Shown in pieces: positions 9,586-18,699 of a DNA stretch of 64,000 nt; position 1 is the stretch's first letter, and each line of letters opens with the position of its first letter. The stretch covers positions 4,117,516-4,181,515 of the forward strand of contig NZ_CP022530.1 of assembly GCF_002237535.1 (NCBI RefSeq), in the 5' to 3' direction. The notes below the pieces were generated by a model that worked only from the letters and a program-made list of their open reading frames with translations, searched no databases and had not been told where the DNA came from. Source of the stretch: Bacterioplanes sanyensis. Lineage in GTDB: Bacteria > Pseudomonadota > Gammaproteobacteria > Pseudomonadales > Oceanobacteraceae. The position numbers and the translations under genes are program-made.

Positions 9586-12500
9586 TTAGATGTTGAGAAT
9601 GGTCTGCGTTACCTGGTCGGTGGTTTCGATGGTTTTAGCGCTGGCCTGGAAGTTACGCTGCGCGATAATTAAACCCACCAGCTCTTCGGACAGATCGACG
9701 TTGGAGTCTTCCAATGCCGATGAGCGTATCTGACCAAAGGCGCCGGTACGCGGTTGGCCCACCGTTGGGTTGCCCGATTCGAACGACTCACCCCAACCGG
9801 TATCCCCCAGTGGCGTCAACCCTTCAGGGTTGCGGAAGCTGGCCAGTGCCACCTGCCCTAGCGTTTGCGCCTGGCCGTTGGTAAAGCGGGCAAAAATAAT
9901 CCCATCCTGATCAATTTCAAGACCAGTTAAGCGGCCCGTGCCGTAACCGTTTTGGTTAATATCATTGGTCGCAAAGGCGCCGCCGTGCTGCGTTGTACCG
10001 GTTAAATCGATCTGAAAGTTTGAATTCACTGGTGGATCCGCCAGCGGCAAACCACCTTCCAACACGTTAGTGGATGATAAGGCACCGGTTGGGTTGCCTT
10101 CAGAATCCACCGGGTCCCAGTTAGTAATAAACATGTCACCAGTGGCCTGAGTGTCTAATGTACCGTCCTGATTAAAGAACAACTCAAACCTAGCCCGGCT
10201 GGGCTCTAAGTTTTGCGGGAACGGTAAAGTTGGATCAGGGTCGCCCACCTCTTGTCCATCGATCAATACATACATGGCCCAAATATTTTGCTCGTTTGGA
10301 CGGGTTGGGTCCAAAGGCTCGCGCACAAAATACTTTGTCATAATGTGCGGCACACCCAGGCTGTCGTAAATCGTGGTTGAGTTGGCGTAATTATAAGTTT
10401 CCTGATCGTTTGGATCGAAGGCATTGAGGGTGTAGGGGGTGAACTCGTCTTCGGTTAATGCACCAAAAATACCCGACACCGCAGGCTGAGGCTGTGACAG
10501 GGTATAACCTTCATTGAAGATGAACGATACCGAACCACCCACGGCTGCCGCTCTGTCGGCGGTCGCCGTACCACCGAGAACAACCGGACCTGTGTTTTCT
10601 GCACCCTGCACCACCAAGGAGTCGGTCGTGACTGGGCTGGTCATTTCAATTTTAATATCACGGCCGATTTGGTTATTAATCACCAAATCGCCCAACTCAT
10701 TCAAACTGGCGGAAAACCCTGGCAAAGTGGTGCTTCTGAAAGAGTTAATCTCATCCGCCATTTCCTGCAAGGTGGCCGACGTCAATGTTTGGCCATTGAC
10801 TGACAAGCGAACTTGTCCAGTCGGACTGTTAAAACTGTTCAGTGGAATGGTCATTTGCGTCGATGCCGACGCTGTCACCCCAGGCTGTTGATTAAACAGA
10901 GAAGCAATAGCATTGGCTTCACTGTTTTCCGGAATCACAATTTCGGTTTCATTGCCTTCAGGATCGGTCAGTACCACCCGCTGCTCTGGGTATTCGTTAT
11001 TAACGCCTTCGATCCCGGTGGTTAATAAGGCGGGATTGTCTTCATCAATCTGCAATACGCCGTACAACTGATCGATGGTGACGTCCTGCCCATTGGCGAT
11101 GAAATCGGAGATAGAAATAATGGACGCTTCACCCGATTCGGTGGCTATAAACTGCAGTTGGAACTGCGGTGGTACCACACGAGGCTCCACTTCCACCGCC
11201 TGCGCCTGCACGCCAATGTAAGCATTAGCATCCTGACTATTTAATTGGCGGTTAATACTGGCCGCCAATTGTTGTACCGAGCGGTATTCTTCATCCAAAG
11301 ACACCACCACGGTACCACTGCGCCCGTCAGGGTCTGGCGCCGGTACGGTGAGTGAAATACGGAAGGAGTTGGAACGGTCTATGGTATCTGTACCCAAGAA
11401 TACCGCCGGGTTATCGAGTTGTAAGGCCTCTAACGAATCCTGGCCTTGTGTACCGGGCAACGTCGGGTTAGCAGACAGTGAGACCGAGTAACCCGCTCCC
11501 ACGTCGGTATTGGTGAATACCAACTGACCGCCAACAGCTTGAACTGTTACCCTTCCTGCTAGGCCACTGGCACCGGTATTAACATCAATTTGCGCCTGAA
11601 TCGCTGCGGCCAAATCGTTTAATGTGGCGTAATTTCCGGGCGTAATGGTGATGTTGTAGGCGTTGGAGTCATCCGCAGGTGTTGGACCCAATACCTGAAG
11701 ACGAAAGGTGTTGTTCGGCAGAATATCAGCCGTACCAGTATCGCTACGGTTAGCCGGAGCAAACCCGATGGTGGACAAGTCAAAGTTAGTGCTCGGCCCT
11801 GGCACCAGCACCAAGCTGTCGCCATTGTCTGGCGTACTGGCGGTAAAGGTCATGGGATGGCCTGCACTTACTGAGACCAAGCCATTTAATGCACCACCGG
11901 CAATTTCGGTGTTTATAAACGCCCGAATTTCTTCCATGGTGACGTTGGCAATATCAACGGCGGGAATTGAGCTGTCTAAGGTAATGGTTTGCGTGGTGGT
12001 AGTACCAGCCAGGTCCGTGACTTCCATATCAAAGACAATGGTATTGCCACCAAGGGCAGAAAAATCACCAATCACCGTGGTACCGTTGTTGACGGTTGAG
12101 GCCACTTGAGCATGATCACCGGCTTGGAAGTCCGTAATGGTCAGTGGCGGTGTTGCCGTGGTTCTGGTGGTCGTTGAGGTGCCAGGAATGCTGCGGAAAT
12201 CGGCAGTGATCGGGCTAGAGCCGGTAAACAACTGCTGTCCAGCCGTCCCTGCCACGGCAGTACCTGTGGTCGGATCACCAAACAAGGTATTCCAGTTACC
12301 CGTTGGCGTGGTCACCGACAGCCCTAAACCATTGGTCGCATCAAAACCAACACGCTCGATCACCAGGTTGGTGGGACTAACCAAAGGGTTGGTGAGCGGT
12401 GACTGGTTGGTCGTGACATTAAATTCATTATTGCCGAACAACGCATCAATTTCAGACTGCAAGGCGTTCAGCACGTTTTGCAAATGTTCCGTTGGGTTAG

Positions 12501-13275
12501 CGCCGACAGTAATAACACCCGCTGCCACGTTGACGACTTGTGGCCCGGTGCCATCCAGCGGATCAATGGTCACGCCAAACGGACCCGGGTCTGCCGGCGT
12601 CGTAATTGCCGCCACTGTGGTTAAGTCCACCGGGTGAGTCAATGTCGCTCGCGTACCAGCCGTCAACGGCTGCCCTGCGGTATTTAATACGGTTTGTGTG
12701 TCTTCAATAATGCCTGCATCAGGAGCCCCAATCGCAAGGCCATTGGTCGTCAATTGCTGACCTTGTTCTTGCAATATTGGCGAAGAGGCATTGAGGTTAT
12801 AAATGGCTGATACCAGTGACGTTAAACGCGGCGGCTGGTTCGCGACCTGAATACGAATATCATCCAATACGCCGTTGACCACGCCATTTTCATTGGCGGC
12901 ATAGCCTTGCAAACGCGCACCACTATTAGCGATGACCCAACCGTCTTTATCCAGCGAAAAAATACCAGAGCGGGTGTAAGAGACCGAGCCCTTGTCATCC
13001 AGTACAAAAAAACCATTGCCATCAATGGCCATATCCAGCGCATTTTCAGTGCCACTGATATTTCCCTGACTGAATTCCTGGCGCACATTATCGACCACCA
13101 CCCCGCTGCCCACCGGTTTGGTGCCCGTGCCTAAAATCGTTGTGGTATAAACGTCGGCAAACTCTGTACGCGATTCCTTAAAGCCAACAGTACTGGCGTT
13201 AGCGACATTGTTACCCGTTACTTCAAGATCCGTTGAAGCAGCCCGAATTCCACTTAAACCTATATTAAATGCCAT
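9586..13275 (-). CDS. flgE: Flagellar hook protein FlgE; giant 1229-aa form
   Basis: N-terminus MAFNIGLSGIRAASTDLEVTGNNVANASTVGFK and C-terminus SALEDSNVDLSEELVGLIIAQRNFQASAKTIETTDQV are canonical FlgE. About 800 aa of Thr/Gly/Asn-rich extra domains sit in the middle. Confidence 0.85.
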   Translation of the reverse strand: MAFNIGLSGIRAASTDLEVTGNNVANASTVGFKESRTEFADVYTTTILGTGTKPVGSGVVVDNVRQEFSQGNISGTENALDMAIDGNGFFVLDDKGSVSYTRSGIFSLDKDGWVIANSGARLQGYAANENGVVNGVLDDIRIQVANQPPRLTSLVSAIYNLNASSPILQEQGQQLTTNGLAIGAPDAGIIEDTQTVLNTAGQPLTAGTRATLTHPVDLTTVAAITTPADPGPFGVTIDPLDGTGPQVVNVAAGVITVGANPTEHLQNVLNALQSEIDALFGNNEFNVTTNQSPLTNPLVSPTNLVIERVGFDATNGLGLSVTTPTGNWNTLFGDPTTGTAVAGTAGQQLFTGSSPITADFRSIPGTSTTTRTTATPPLTITDFQAGDHAQVASTVNNGTTVIGDFSALGGNTIVFDMEVTDLAGTTTTQTITLDSSIPAVDIANVTMEEIRAFINTEIAGGALNGLVSVSAGHPMTFTASTPDNGDSLVLVPGPSTNFDLSTIGFAPANRSDTGTADILPNNTFRLQVLGPTPADDSNAYNITITPGNYATLNDLAAAIQAQIDVNTGASGLAGRVTVQAVGGQLVFTNTDVGAGYSVSLSANPTLPGTQGQDSLEALQLDNPAVFLGTDTIDRSNSFRISLTVPAPDPDGRSGTVVVSLDEEYRSVQQLAASINRQLNSQDANAYIGVQAQAVEVEPRVVPPQFQLQFIATESGEASIISISDFIANGQDVTIDQLYGVLQIDEDNPALLTTGIEGVNNEYPEQRVVLTDPEGNETEIVIPENSEANAIASLFNQQPGVTASASTQMTIPLNSFNSPTGQVRLSVNGQTLTSATLQEMADEINSFRSTTLPGFSASLNELGDLVINNQIGRDIKIEMTSPVTTDSLVVQGAENTGPVVLGGTATADRAAAVGGSVSFIFNEGYTLSQPQPAVSGIFGALTEDEFTPYTLNAFDPNDQETYNYANSTTIYDSLGVPHIMTKYFVREPLDPTRPNEQNIWAMYVLIDGQEVGDPDPTLPFPQNLEPSRARFELFFNQDGTLDTQATGDMFITNWDPVDSEGNPTGALSSTNVLEGGLPLADPPVNSNFQIDLTGTTQHGGAFATNDINQNGYGTGRLTGLEIDQDGIIFARFTNGQAQTLGQVALASFRNPEGLTPLGDTGWGESFESGNPTVGQPRTGAFGQIRSSALEDSNVDLSEELVGLIIAQRNFQASAKTIETTDQVTQTILNI

Positions 13276-13295
13276 AGTGACCTCTCTGCTGCCGC

Positions 13296-14087
13296 TTATG
13301 CGTCCAGAATCTGTTTAACTTCGTCCATAGTGGCGCGCTGGCCACCGGTCAGGTTGAGTGTGACTTGCCCACTCGGAGCCATGGTGACGCTGTCCACTCT
13401 CGAACTCATTTCCATACTGATTTCTTCAGTTTTTCCACCAATCGATGCGTTAAGCTTAAATTTGTACTCACCGGGTGGATAAGCCACCGGAATCGGATTG
13501 CCGTTGTTATCTAAAACCAGATCGCCGTTTTCATCTTTCTGGAAAACCTGTCGGTTTAACTGGCTGTGGTCGATGTCTGCGACCTCACCATCGACCATCA
13601 GGTTGTAACCATCCCAACGCACCGACATGGCGCCAGCACCGTGATTACCCAGCGGAATTTGCTCCAACAGCTCGCCCGATTTGCCCTGAATTTGTAGACG
13701 AATGTCCGTAGCCGATGCCGGAATATCGGTAAAGCCACTGACCACGCCGCCGCCCAATAGCAGCCCGGTATCATTGCCGTCGACAATCACAGACTGCCCC
13801 ACCAAACTCGATGCCTGCAGCGCCGATGCTGAATTTAATTGGCTCATCATCGCTTCTGCGGTGGTGTTCAGGTTATCGATACCCTCAACACTGGAGAACT
13901 GCGCCAGCTGCGCGACAAAAGCTTGGTTGTCGGTGGGCTCCAGCGGATTCTGATTATTCAGCTGCGCCACCATCAACTCTAAAAAGGCGTTTTTACCGAG
14001 CTCATTCGATTTCGGCTCGTCTTTGTTTTTGGTATCTGAACGATACTGATCCAACGCCTGATTGTTACCAATTTCGTTTATGGACAT
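13296..14087 (-). CDS. flgD: Flagellar hook capping/assembly protein FlgD
   Basis: Sequence NAFLELMVAQLNNQNPLEPTDNQAFVAQLAQFSSVEGIDNL. Position between flgC and flgE. Confidence 0.8.
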   Translation of the reverse strand: MSINEIGNNQALDQYRSDTKNKDEPKSNELGKNAFLELMVAQLNNQNPLEPTDNQAFVAQLAQFSSVEGIDNLNTTAEAMMSQLNSASALQASSLVGQSVIVDGNDTGLLLGGGVVSGFTDIPASATDIRLQIQGKSGELLEQIPLGNHGAGAMSVRWDGYNLMVDGEVADIDHSQLNRQVFQKDENGDLVLDNNGNPIPVAYPPGEYKFKLNASIGGKTEEISMEMSSRVDSVTMAPSGQVTLNLTGGQRATMDEVKQILDA

Positions 14088-14097
14088 GACGCTCTCC

Positions 14098-14544
14098 TTA
14101 CTGACCCAAGCTCAAGGTGCGTTGCAGCATTTGCTTGGCGGTCTTCATCACTTCGACATTCATCTGATAACTGCGTGATGAGGACATCATGTCCGTCATC
14201 TCTTCCACCACGTTTACGTTGGGGTAATACACATAGCCGTCTTCATTGGCCATTGGGTGATCTGGTTGAAACTTGGGTTTCAGCGGCGCGTCTTTTTCAA
14301 CAATGTCGAGCACTTGTACGCCCACACCGGTTTGACCTTCCAAGCGCTGAAACTGGCCACGCTCGTTGACCGAGGTAAATTCCTGCTGCATTACCGCAAA
14401 CCAGGGTTTGCGCGCGCGATAGGTTTCTTCCACCGAACTGGAGGCACTTTCGGCATTGGCAATGTTGCTGGCGGTAGTGTTCAGACGAATCGACTGAGCA
14501 TTCATGCCAGAACCGGCGATATCAAAGACATTACTCAGCGACAT
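14098..14544 (-). CDS. flgC: Flagellar basal-body rod protein FlgC
   Basis: Start MSLSNVFDIAGSGMNAQSIRLNTTASNIANAES. C-terminus RSYQMNVEVMKTAKQMLQ. Confidence 0.9.
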   Translation of the reverse strand: MSLSNVFDIAGSGMNAQSIRLNTTASNIANAESASSSVEETYRARKPWFAVMQQEFTSVNERGQFQRLEGQTGVGVQVLDIVEKDAPLKPKFQPDHPMANEDGYVYYPNVNVVEEMTDMMSSSRSYQMNVEVMKTAKQMLQRTLSLGQ

Positions 14545-14546
14545 GA

Positions 14547-14945
14547 TTATTCTCCCCGCAGCGCGTTGCGCATGCCCTTAAACTTACTATTTAAAAATTC
14601 GAAACTGGCGTTGTAGCTCATGGCATTGCGTGCATAAATCGCCTGCTCAACCTGCGTTTCAACGGTATTGCCGTCGATGGCGGGTTGGTTCGGTAAGCGA
14701 TACAGCAGGGAGTCATCACCGCGACTGTTGCCAGCGATATGACCTTGCTGAGTGACTTGCAACGACAGCGACGATTCCTTCTGACTCTCGGCTGCCAAGA
14801 TGGCGCGAAAGTTGATGTCACGAGCTTTGAATCCGGGGGTGTCAGCATTGGCCATATTGTTAGCCAGCACTTCTGCACGCTTGGCTCGCACCAACAGAGC
14901 GTTGTCGTGTATGCCTAAGCCGTTGTTAAAGTTGATTGCACCCAT
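14547..14945 (-). CDS. flgB: Flagellar basal-body rod protein FlgB
   Basis: Sequence ALLVRAKRAEVLANNMANADTPGFKARDINF. First gene of the flgB operon. Confidence 0.9.
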   Translation of the reverse strand: MGAINFNNGLGIHDNALLVRAKRAEVLANNMANADTPGFKARDINFRAILAAESQKESSLSLQVTQQGHIAGNSRGDDSLLYRLPNQPAIDGNTVETQVEQAIYARNAMSYNASFEFLNSKFKGMRNALRGE

Positions 14946-15008
14946 GGTCAGCTCCTCGCTGTCTACACCCGGCTCGGACGGTCTGCCGGACTACTCAGAC
15001 AGAACACA

Positions 15009-15023
15009 GCAAAGGCCGTACCA
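15009..15023 (-). promoter_or_regulatory. Candidate sigma-54 (-24/-12) promoter for flgBCDEFGHI
   Basis: Minus strand reads TGGTAC-N5-TTGC, with GG and GC at the correct spacing, about 65 nt upstream of the flgB ATG. Confidence 0.3.
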
Positions 15024-15225
15024 ATCATCTCGAATATCTTTAAACAGGTGTGGAAGCCGCATGCTCTCTGGCTTTGGCAGAGTTTTTGAGCGACTAACCA
15101 AGAACGATGACGGTCTTGAAGAAAGGGTCACCGGCAAGGCTTTACCGAGCAGCGGCAATGCCCAAAACGAAAAAGCAGCCTAGAGGCTGCTTCAGTAAAA
15201 ACAGGTGGCGAATATGGCAGGAGGC

Positions 15226-16047
15226 TTATTTTGCTCGGTAGACGATGCCAGGGTGGCACTGAACCATTTCGTAGCAATCGCTCAGATTGTTCATCGCCTC
15301 AGATGCCCCCAGCATCAGGTACCCGCCTGGATTTAGGCAGGAGCGCATGCGGCGCAGGATGTCAGTCTTGAGTTCAGGGGAGAAGTAGATCAACACATTG
15401 CGGCAAAAAATAATGTCAAACTTGCCCAACAGTGCAAAGCTTTGCTGCAGGTTTTGCAGTCGAAATTCCACCCGACTTTTGACCACATCGTTGATCTGCC
15501 AGCTCTCGTTATCGCCCGGCTTAAAATACGTTTTCAGATACTGCTCACTCATACCACGGCGAATTGCCAACTGCTGATATTGACCACGGCGAGCATCCGC
15601 CAGAGCCGACGGTGAGATATCTGTCGCTAAAATGCGCTCGCCGTTCATCAGCTTGCCGGGGTTACGGCGTTTAAACTCTTCTATTTCAATACTCAGCGAA
15701 TACGGCTCTTGCCCAGTCGAGCAAGCAGACGACCAAATACGTACTGGCTTGCGGTTCTGCACCAACTCTGGCAACAGCTTTTCGCGGAAAATCCGATAGG
15801 GGTGGTCATCACGAAACCAGAGAGTTTCGTTGGTAGTCATGGCATCGATGACCGATTCTTGCAGCGTTCGATTGCGCGCACAAGCGTCCAGCAGCTCAGC
15901 GATGTTTTTCAGCGATTCTCTTTCCGTTAGCCTGCGCAATCGACTGGTGACCAGGTACTCCTTGCCCTCGCCCAACATAATGCCGCTGCTGCTTTCTAAC
16001 ATTTGCCGGAAACGTCGGTATTCTTCCGGTGTTATCGATAAAGTCAT
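15226..16047 (-). CDS. cheR: Chemotaxis protein methyltransferase CheR
   Basis: CheR N-terminal domain plus SAM-dependent MTase motifs (ILATDISPSAL, FCRNVLIYF). Sits between cheV and flgB, as in Pseudomonas and Vibrio. Confidence 0.85.
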   Translation of the reverse strand: MTLSITPEEYRRFRQMLESSSGIMLGEGKEYLVTSRLRRLTERESLKNIAELLDACARNRTLQESVIDAMTTNETLWFRDDHPYRIFREKLLPELVQNRKPVRIWSSACSTGQEPYSLSIEIEEFKRRNPGKLMNGERILATDISPSALADARRGQYQQLAIRRGMSEQYLKTYFKPGDNESWQINDVVKSRVEFRLQNLQQSFALLGKFDIIFCRNVLIYFSPELKTDILRRMRSCLNPGGYLMLGASEAMNNLSDCYEMVQCHPGIVYRAK

Positions 16048-16063
16048 TCGCTGTCAGTACCTA

Positions 16064-16984
16064 TCAGCTTTCCAATTGTTTTACGACGCGTTCCGCCAAC
16101 ACATCTGGGTCGAACTTGGCGATGAAATCATCTGCGCCGACTTTTTCAACCATGGCTTTGTTGAACACGCCACTCAAAGAAGAGTGTAGAACCACGAAAA
16201 ATCCGTTCATGCGCGAATCGGCCCGCACTCTGGTGGTCAGGGTATAGCCGTCCATTTCCGGCATTTCAATGTCGGAAATAAGCATAATGTAATGGTCTTG
16301 CAGACGTTCGCCATTTTCCACAATGCCGTGCATATGCTCCCAGCATTGCCTGCCGTCGTTCAGCTGCACCACTTCAACGCCGATATGCTCGAGGCAGCGA
16401 CTGATCTGCTTACGTGCGATTTTGGAGTCGTCCACAATCAGCACTTTTTTCTGCCGCGCCACTTCTTGCACGCTTTCGCTGATCAAACCTTCGCGCACAT
16501 CTTCGTTAATCGGTGATACCTCAGCAAGGATTTTCTCCACGTCGATGATTTCAACCAAGTGGTCATCCACTTCGGTCACCGCCGTGAGATAGTGATCACG
16601 GCCTGTGCCTTCTGGTGGTGGATGAATCTCCTCCCAGTTCATATTGATGATGCGATCAACACCGGCGACCAAAAATCCCTGCGTCTGCCCATTGTACTCA
16701 GTAATGATGGTAAAGCTGTTTTCGAGGTTACTCAGCGGCTGGTTACCCGTCGCCATGCTCATGTCCATGATTGGCGTTGTGCCAGAGCGTAAATGCGCCA
16801 CCCCACGAATCACCGGATGGCTGCCCGGCAATACCGTCAATTTCGGGCACTGCAGCACTTCCTTTACTTTAAAAACATTGATTCCGTAAACCTGTGAACC
16901 ATTAACCCGAAACAACAGCAGCTCCAGCCGGTTCTCACCGACCAGCTGCGTTCGCTGGTTAACAGTATCCAGTACGCCAGCCAT
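16064..16984 (-). CDS. cheV: Chemotaxis coupling protein CheV (CheW-like + receiver domain)
   Basis: Start MAGVLDTVNQRTQLVGENRLELLLFRVNG (CheW-like). C-terminal REC domain KVLIVDDS...LISDIEMPEMDGY. The in-frame ATG at 16984 fits the family N-terminus better than the track start at 17107. Confidence 0.8.
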   Translation of the reverse strand: MAGVLDTVNQRTQLVGENRLELLLFRVNGSQVYGINVFKVKEVLQCPKLTVLPGSHPVIRGVAHLRSGTTPIMDMSMATGNQPLSNLENSFTIITEYNGQTQGFLVAGVDRIINMNWEEIHPPPEGTGRDHYLTAVTEVDDHLVEIIDVEKILAEVSPINEDVREGLISESVQEVARQKKVLIVDDSKIARKQISRCLEHIGVEVVQLNDGRQCWEHMHGIVENGERLQDHYIMLISDIEMPEMDGYTLTTRVRADSRMNGFFVVLHSSLSGVFNKAMVEKVGADDFIAKFDPDVLAERVVKQLES

Positions 16985-17112
16985 ACACTGCTCCTGTAAT
17001 AAACCGGCACGACCTTTGCTCATCCATATCAACAATGTCGATGTGACAAAAAACCGCCGGGAACATGACACTCTTAAGATTGCATTACCAGAGCATAGCC
17101 GAAGCAAGGACG

Positions 17113-17802
17113 ATGAGTGGAATTATTCTGATTATTTCCCTGCTCACCTGCCTGCTCAGCCCTCAGGCACGCGCACAAAGCGACAGAGACTGGCGCCAGC
17201 ACATTGAGCAGCAGCTGTTGCAGCAATGGCGTCAGCAAACGGGGATTCGCGATGACGCCAGCATCAGCTTTATCGGCATCAGCCATCAGTATCAGCTGCC
17301 ACAGTGTCAGCTGCCTCTGACCATCGACGCTTTGCGCCCACCGTTGGCTGGCAGAAATAACATCGCCATTCGCTGTGACGCTCCCTACTGGGTTCAGAAC
17401 ATGGCTATCCAGCTGCATCACATGACCAATATGGTGACGCTCAAACGCCCACTGGCGAGCGATCAAGTGATTACTAACAAAGATGTACGTTTAGCGCGCT
17501 TGGATGCGGGTGAGCAAACCAAAGGCTACTACGCCGCTATAGAACAAGTCCTAGGGCAGAAAGCCAAGCGCAGCTTAAGGCCAGGTACGGTGCTGTCCGA
17601 GGACATGCTGTCATTGCCGGACCTTATCCAGCGCCGACAGCGGGTGACCATCCAAGTCGACCGGCCCGGAATCCGGGTAGAAATGCCAGGCGAGGCGCTG
17701 TCTAGCGGGCACTTAGGAGAGAGCATCCGAGTGCGTAACTTGCAATCCCGCAGAATCGTAGAGGCCACCGTGGTGGAAGCGGGGCTAGTTCAAGTGCGAT
17801 GA
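17113..17802 (+). CDS. flgA: Flagellar P-ring assembly chaperone FlgA
   Basis: Signal peptide MSGIILIISLLTCLLSPQARA. C-terminal SAF-domain motif RPGTVLSEDML...GESIRVRNLQSRRIVEATVVEAG. Divergent from cheV. Confidence 0.75.
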   Translation: MSGIILIISLLTCLLSPQARAQSDRDWRQHIEQQLLQQWRQQTGIRDDASISFIGISHQYQLPQCQLPLTIDALRPPLAGRNNIAIRCDAPYWVQNMAIQLHHMTNMVTLKRPLASDQVITNKDVRLARLDAGEQTKGYYAAIEQVLGQKAKRSLRPGTVLSEDMLSLPDLIQRRQRVTIQVDRPGIRVEMPGEALSSGHLGESIRVRNLQSRRIVEATVVEAGLVQVR

Positions 17803-17818
17803 ATCAGCAAAAAAACTT

Positions 17819-17845
17819 TAAAGTTCCAAAACTCAATGCCGATAA
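17819..17845 (+). promoter_or_regulatory. Sigma-28 (FliA) class III promoter for flgMN
   Basis: TAAAGTTC-N11-GCCGATAA, near-perfect against the consensus TAAAGTTT-N11-GCCGATAA, 20 nt upstream of the flgM ATG. Confidence 0.6.
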
Positions 17846-17865
17846 CTACCATGCAGGAGTGTATC

Positions 17866-18198
17866 ATGGGTAACTGGTTCGGAGATCTGAACATGAACAT
17901 CAACAAATTCACCGGTGGGCTTGATCCCAATGCCCGCACGCGGACTGACCAGGTGGCTGACAAGCCTAGCCAGACTCAGGCGCCGCAAAAAGAGCAATCC
18001 GCCAGCTACGCCGATCAGGTAAAGCTGAGCGCGAGTAGCAAAAGCATCCAGCAGATCGAAGCAGAGATTCGCGACATGCCGGAGGTGGACGACGCCACGG
18101 TAGAGCGGATTCGCAGTGCATTGAGCAACGGCGAATATAAGATCGACTATGAGAGACTGGCAGGAAAAATGCTTGATTTTGACGAGCGTTTAAACTGA
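17866..18198 (+). CDS. flgM: Anti-sigma-28 factor FlgM
   Basis: C-terminal VDDATVERIRSALSNGEYKIDYERLAGKML, the FlgM sigma-28-binding region. AGGAG RBS before the ATG at 17866. Preceded by the sigma-28 promoter. Confidence 0.75.
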   Translation: MGNWFGDLNMNINKFTGGLDPNARTRTDQVADKPSQTQAPQKEQSASYADQVKLSASSKSIQQIEAEIRDMPEVDDATVERIRSALSNGEYKIDYERLAGKMLDFDERLN

Positions 18199-18211
18199 CC
18201 GGGATACCCCC

Positions 18212-18682
18212 ATGTCTCTGAACATAGAGCCCTTTGCCCGATACCTGCACACAGAGCTTGAGCTCACCACTGCCCTGCACCAACTGTTGGTCCAGGAACT
18301 GGACGTATTAAAGCAGCAGCAGCTGGAAGAGCTAAAAGCGCTACAGCCTCAAAAGCAGCAACTACTCCAAGACATCCAAGCCTGCGCTGAGCAGCGCCTG
18401 GGCTGGATGACTGAACACCAGTTGCCACATTCTCCGGATTGCCTTGAGCACCCAGACATAGTCAATAGCGGCGAGATCCAGCCACTGTGGCAGCAACTTG
18501 CCAGCCAATACGACGCCAATCGTCATCTGTCCGAGACGCTGTCAGACTTAGTCCTAAAGGCCCGTTACCGCACCCAGCAAAAGCTGCAAATTTTGCGTGG
18601 CGGTAATAATGATCCACACTTATATAATGAACATGGAAAAACCAAAGGTGTGAACAGCGGTCAGGGCTACGTACAAGCCTAA
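18212..18682 (+). CDS. flgN: Flagellar export chaperone FlgN
   Basis: Sequence LHTELELTTALHQLLVQELDVLKQQQLEELKALQPQKQQLL. Position after flgM. Confidence 0.7.
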   Translation: MSLNIEPFARYLHTELELTTALHQLLVQELDVLKQQQLEELKALQPQKQQLLQDIQACAEQRLGWMTEHQLPHSPDCLEHPDIVNSGEIQPLWQQLASQYDANRHLSETLSDLVLKARYRTQQKLQILRGGNNDPHLYNEHGKTKGVNSGQGYVQA

Positions 18683-18699
18683 CCCACAGGCTTAGGATC

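Noticed and set aside
14946-15225. Plus-strand TGGCAG-N5-TTGAG sigma-54-like element at about 15070
   Set aside because: It has the wrong orientation relative to flanking genes, since both neighbours are on the minus strand. The invariant GC of the -12 element is also not conserved.
17065-17112. Earlier ATG at 17065 as the flgA start
   Set aside because: It would add 16 non-signal residues and would overlap the divergent cheV 5' region. The Met at 17113 begins a canonical signal peptide.
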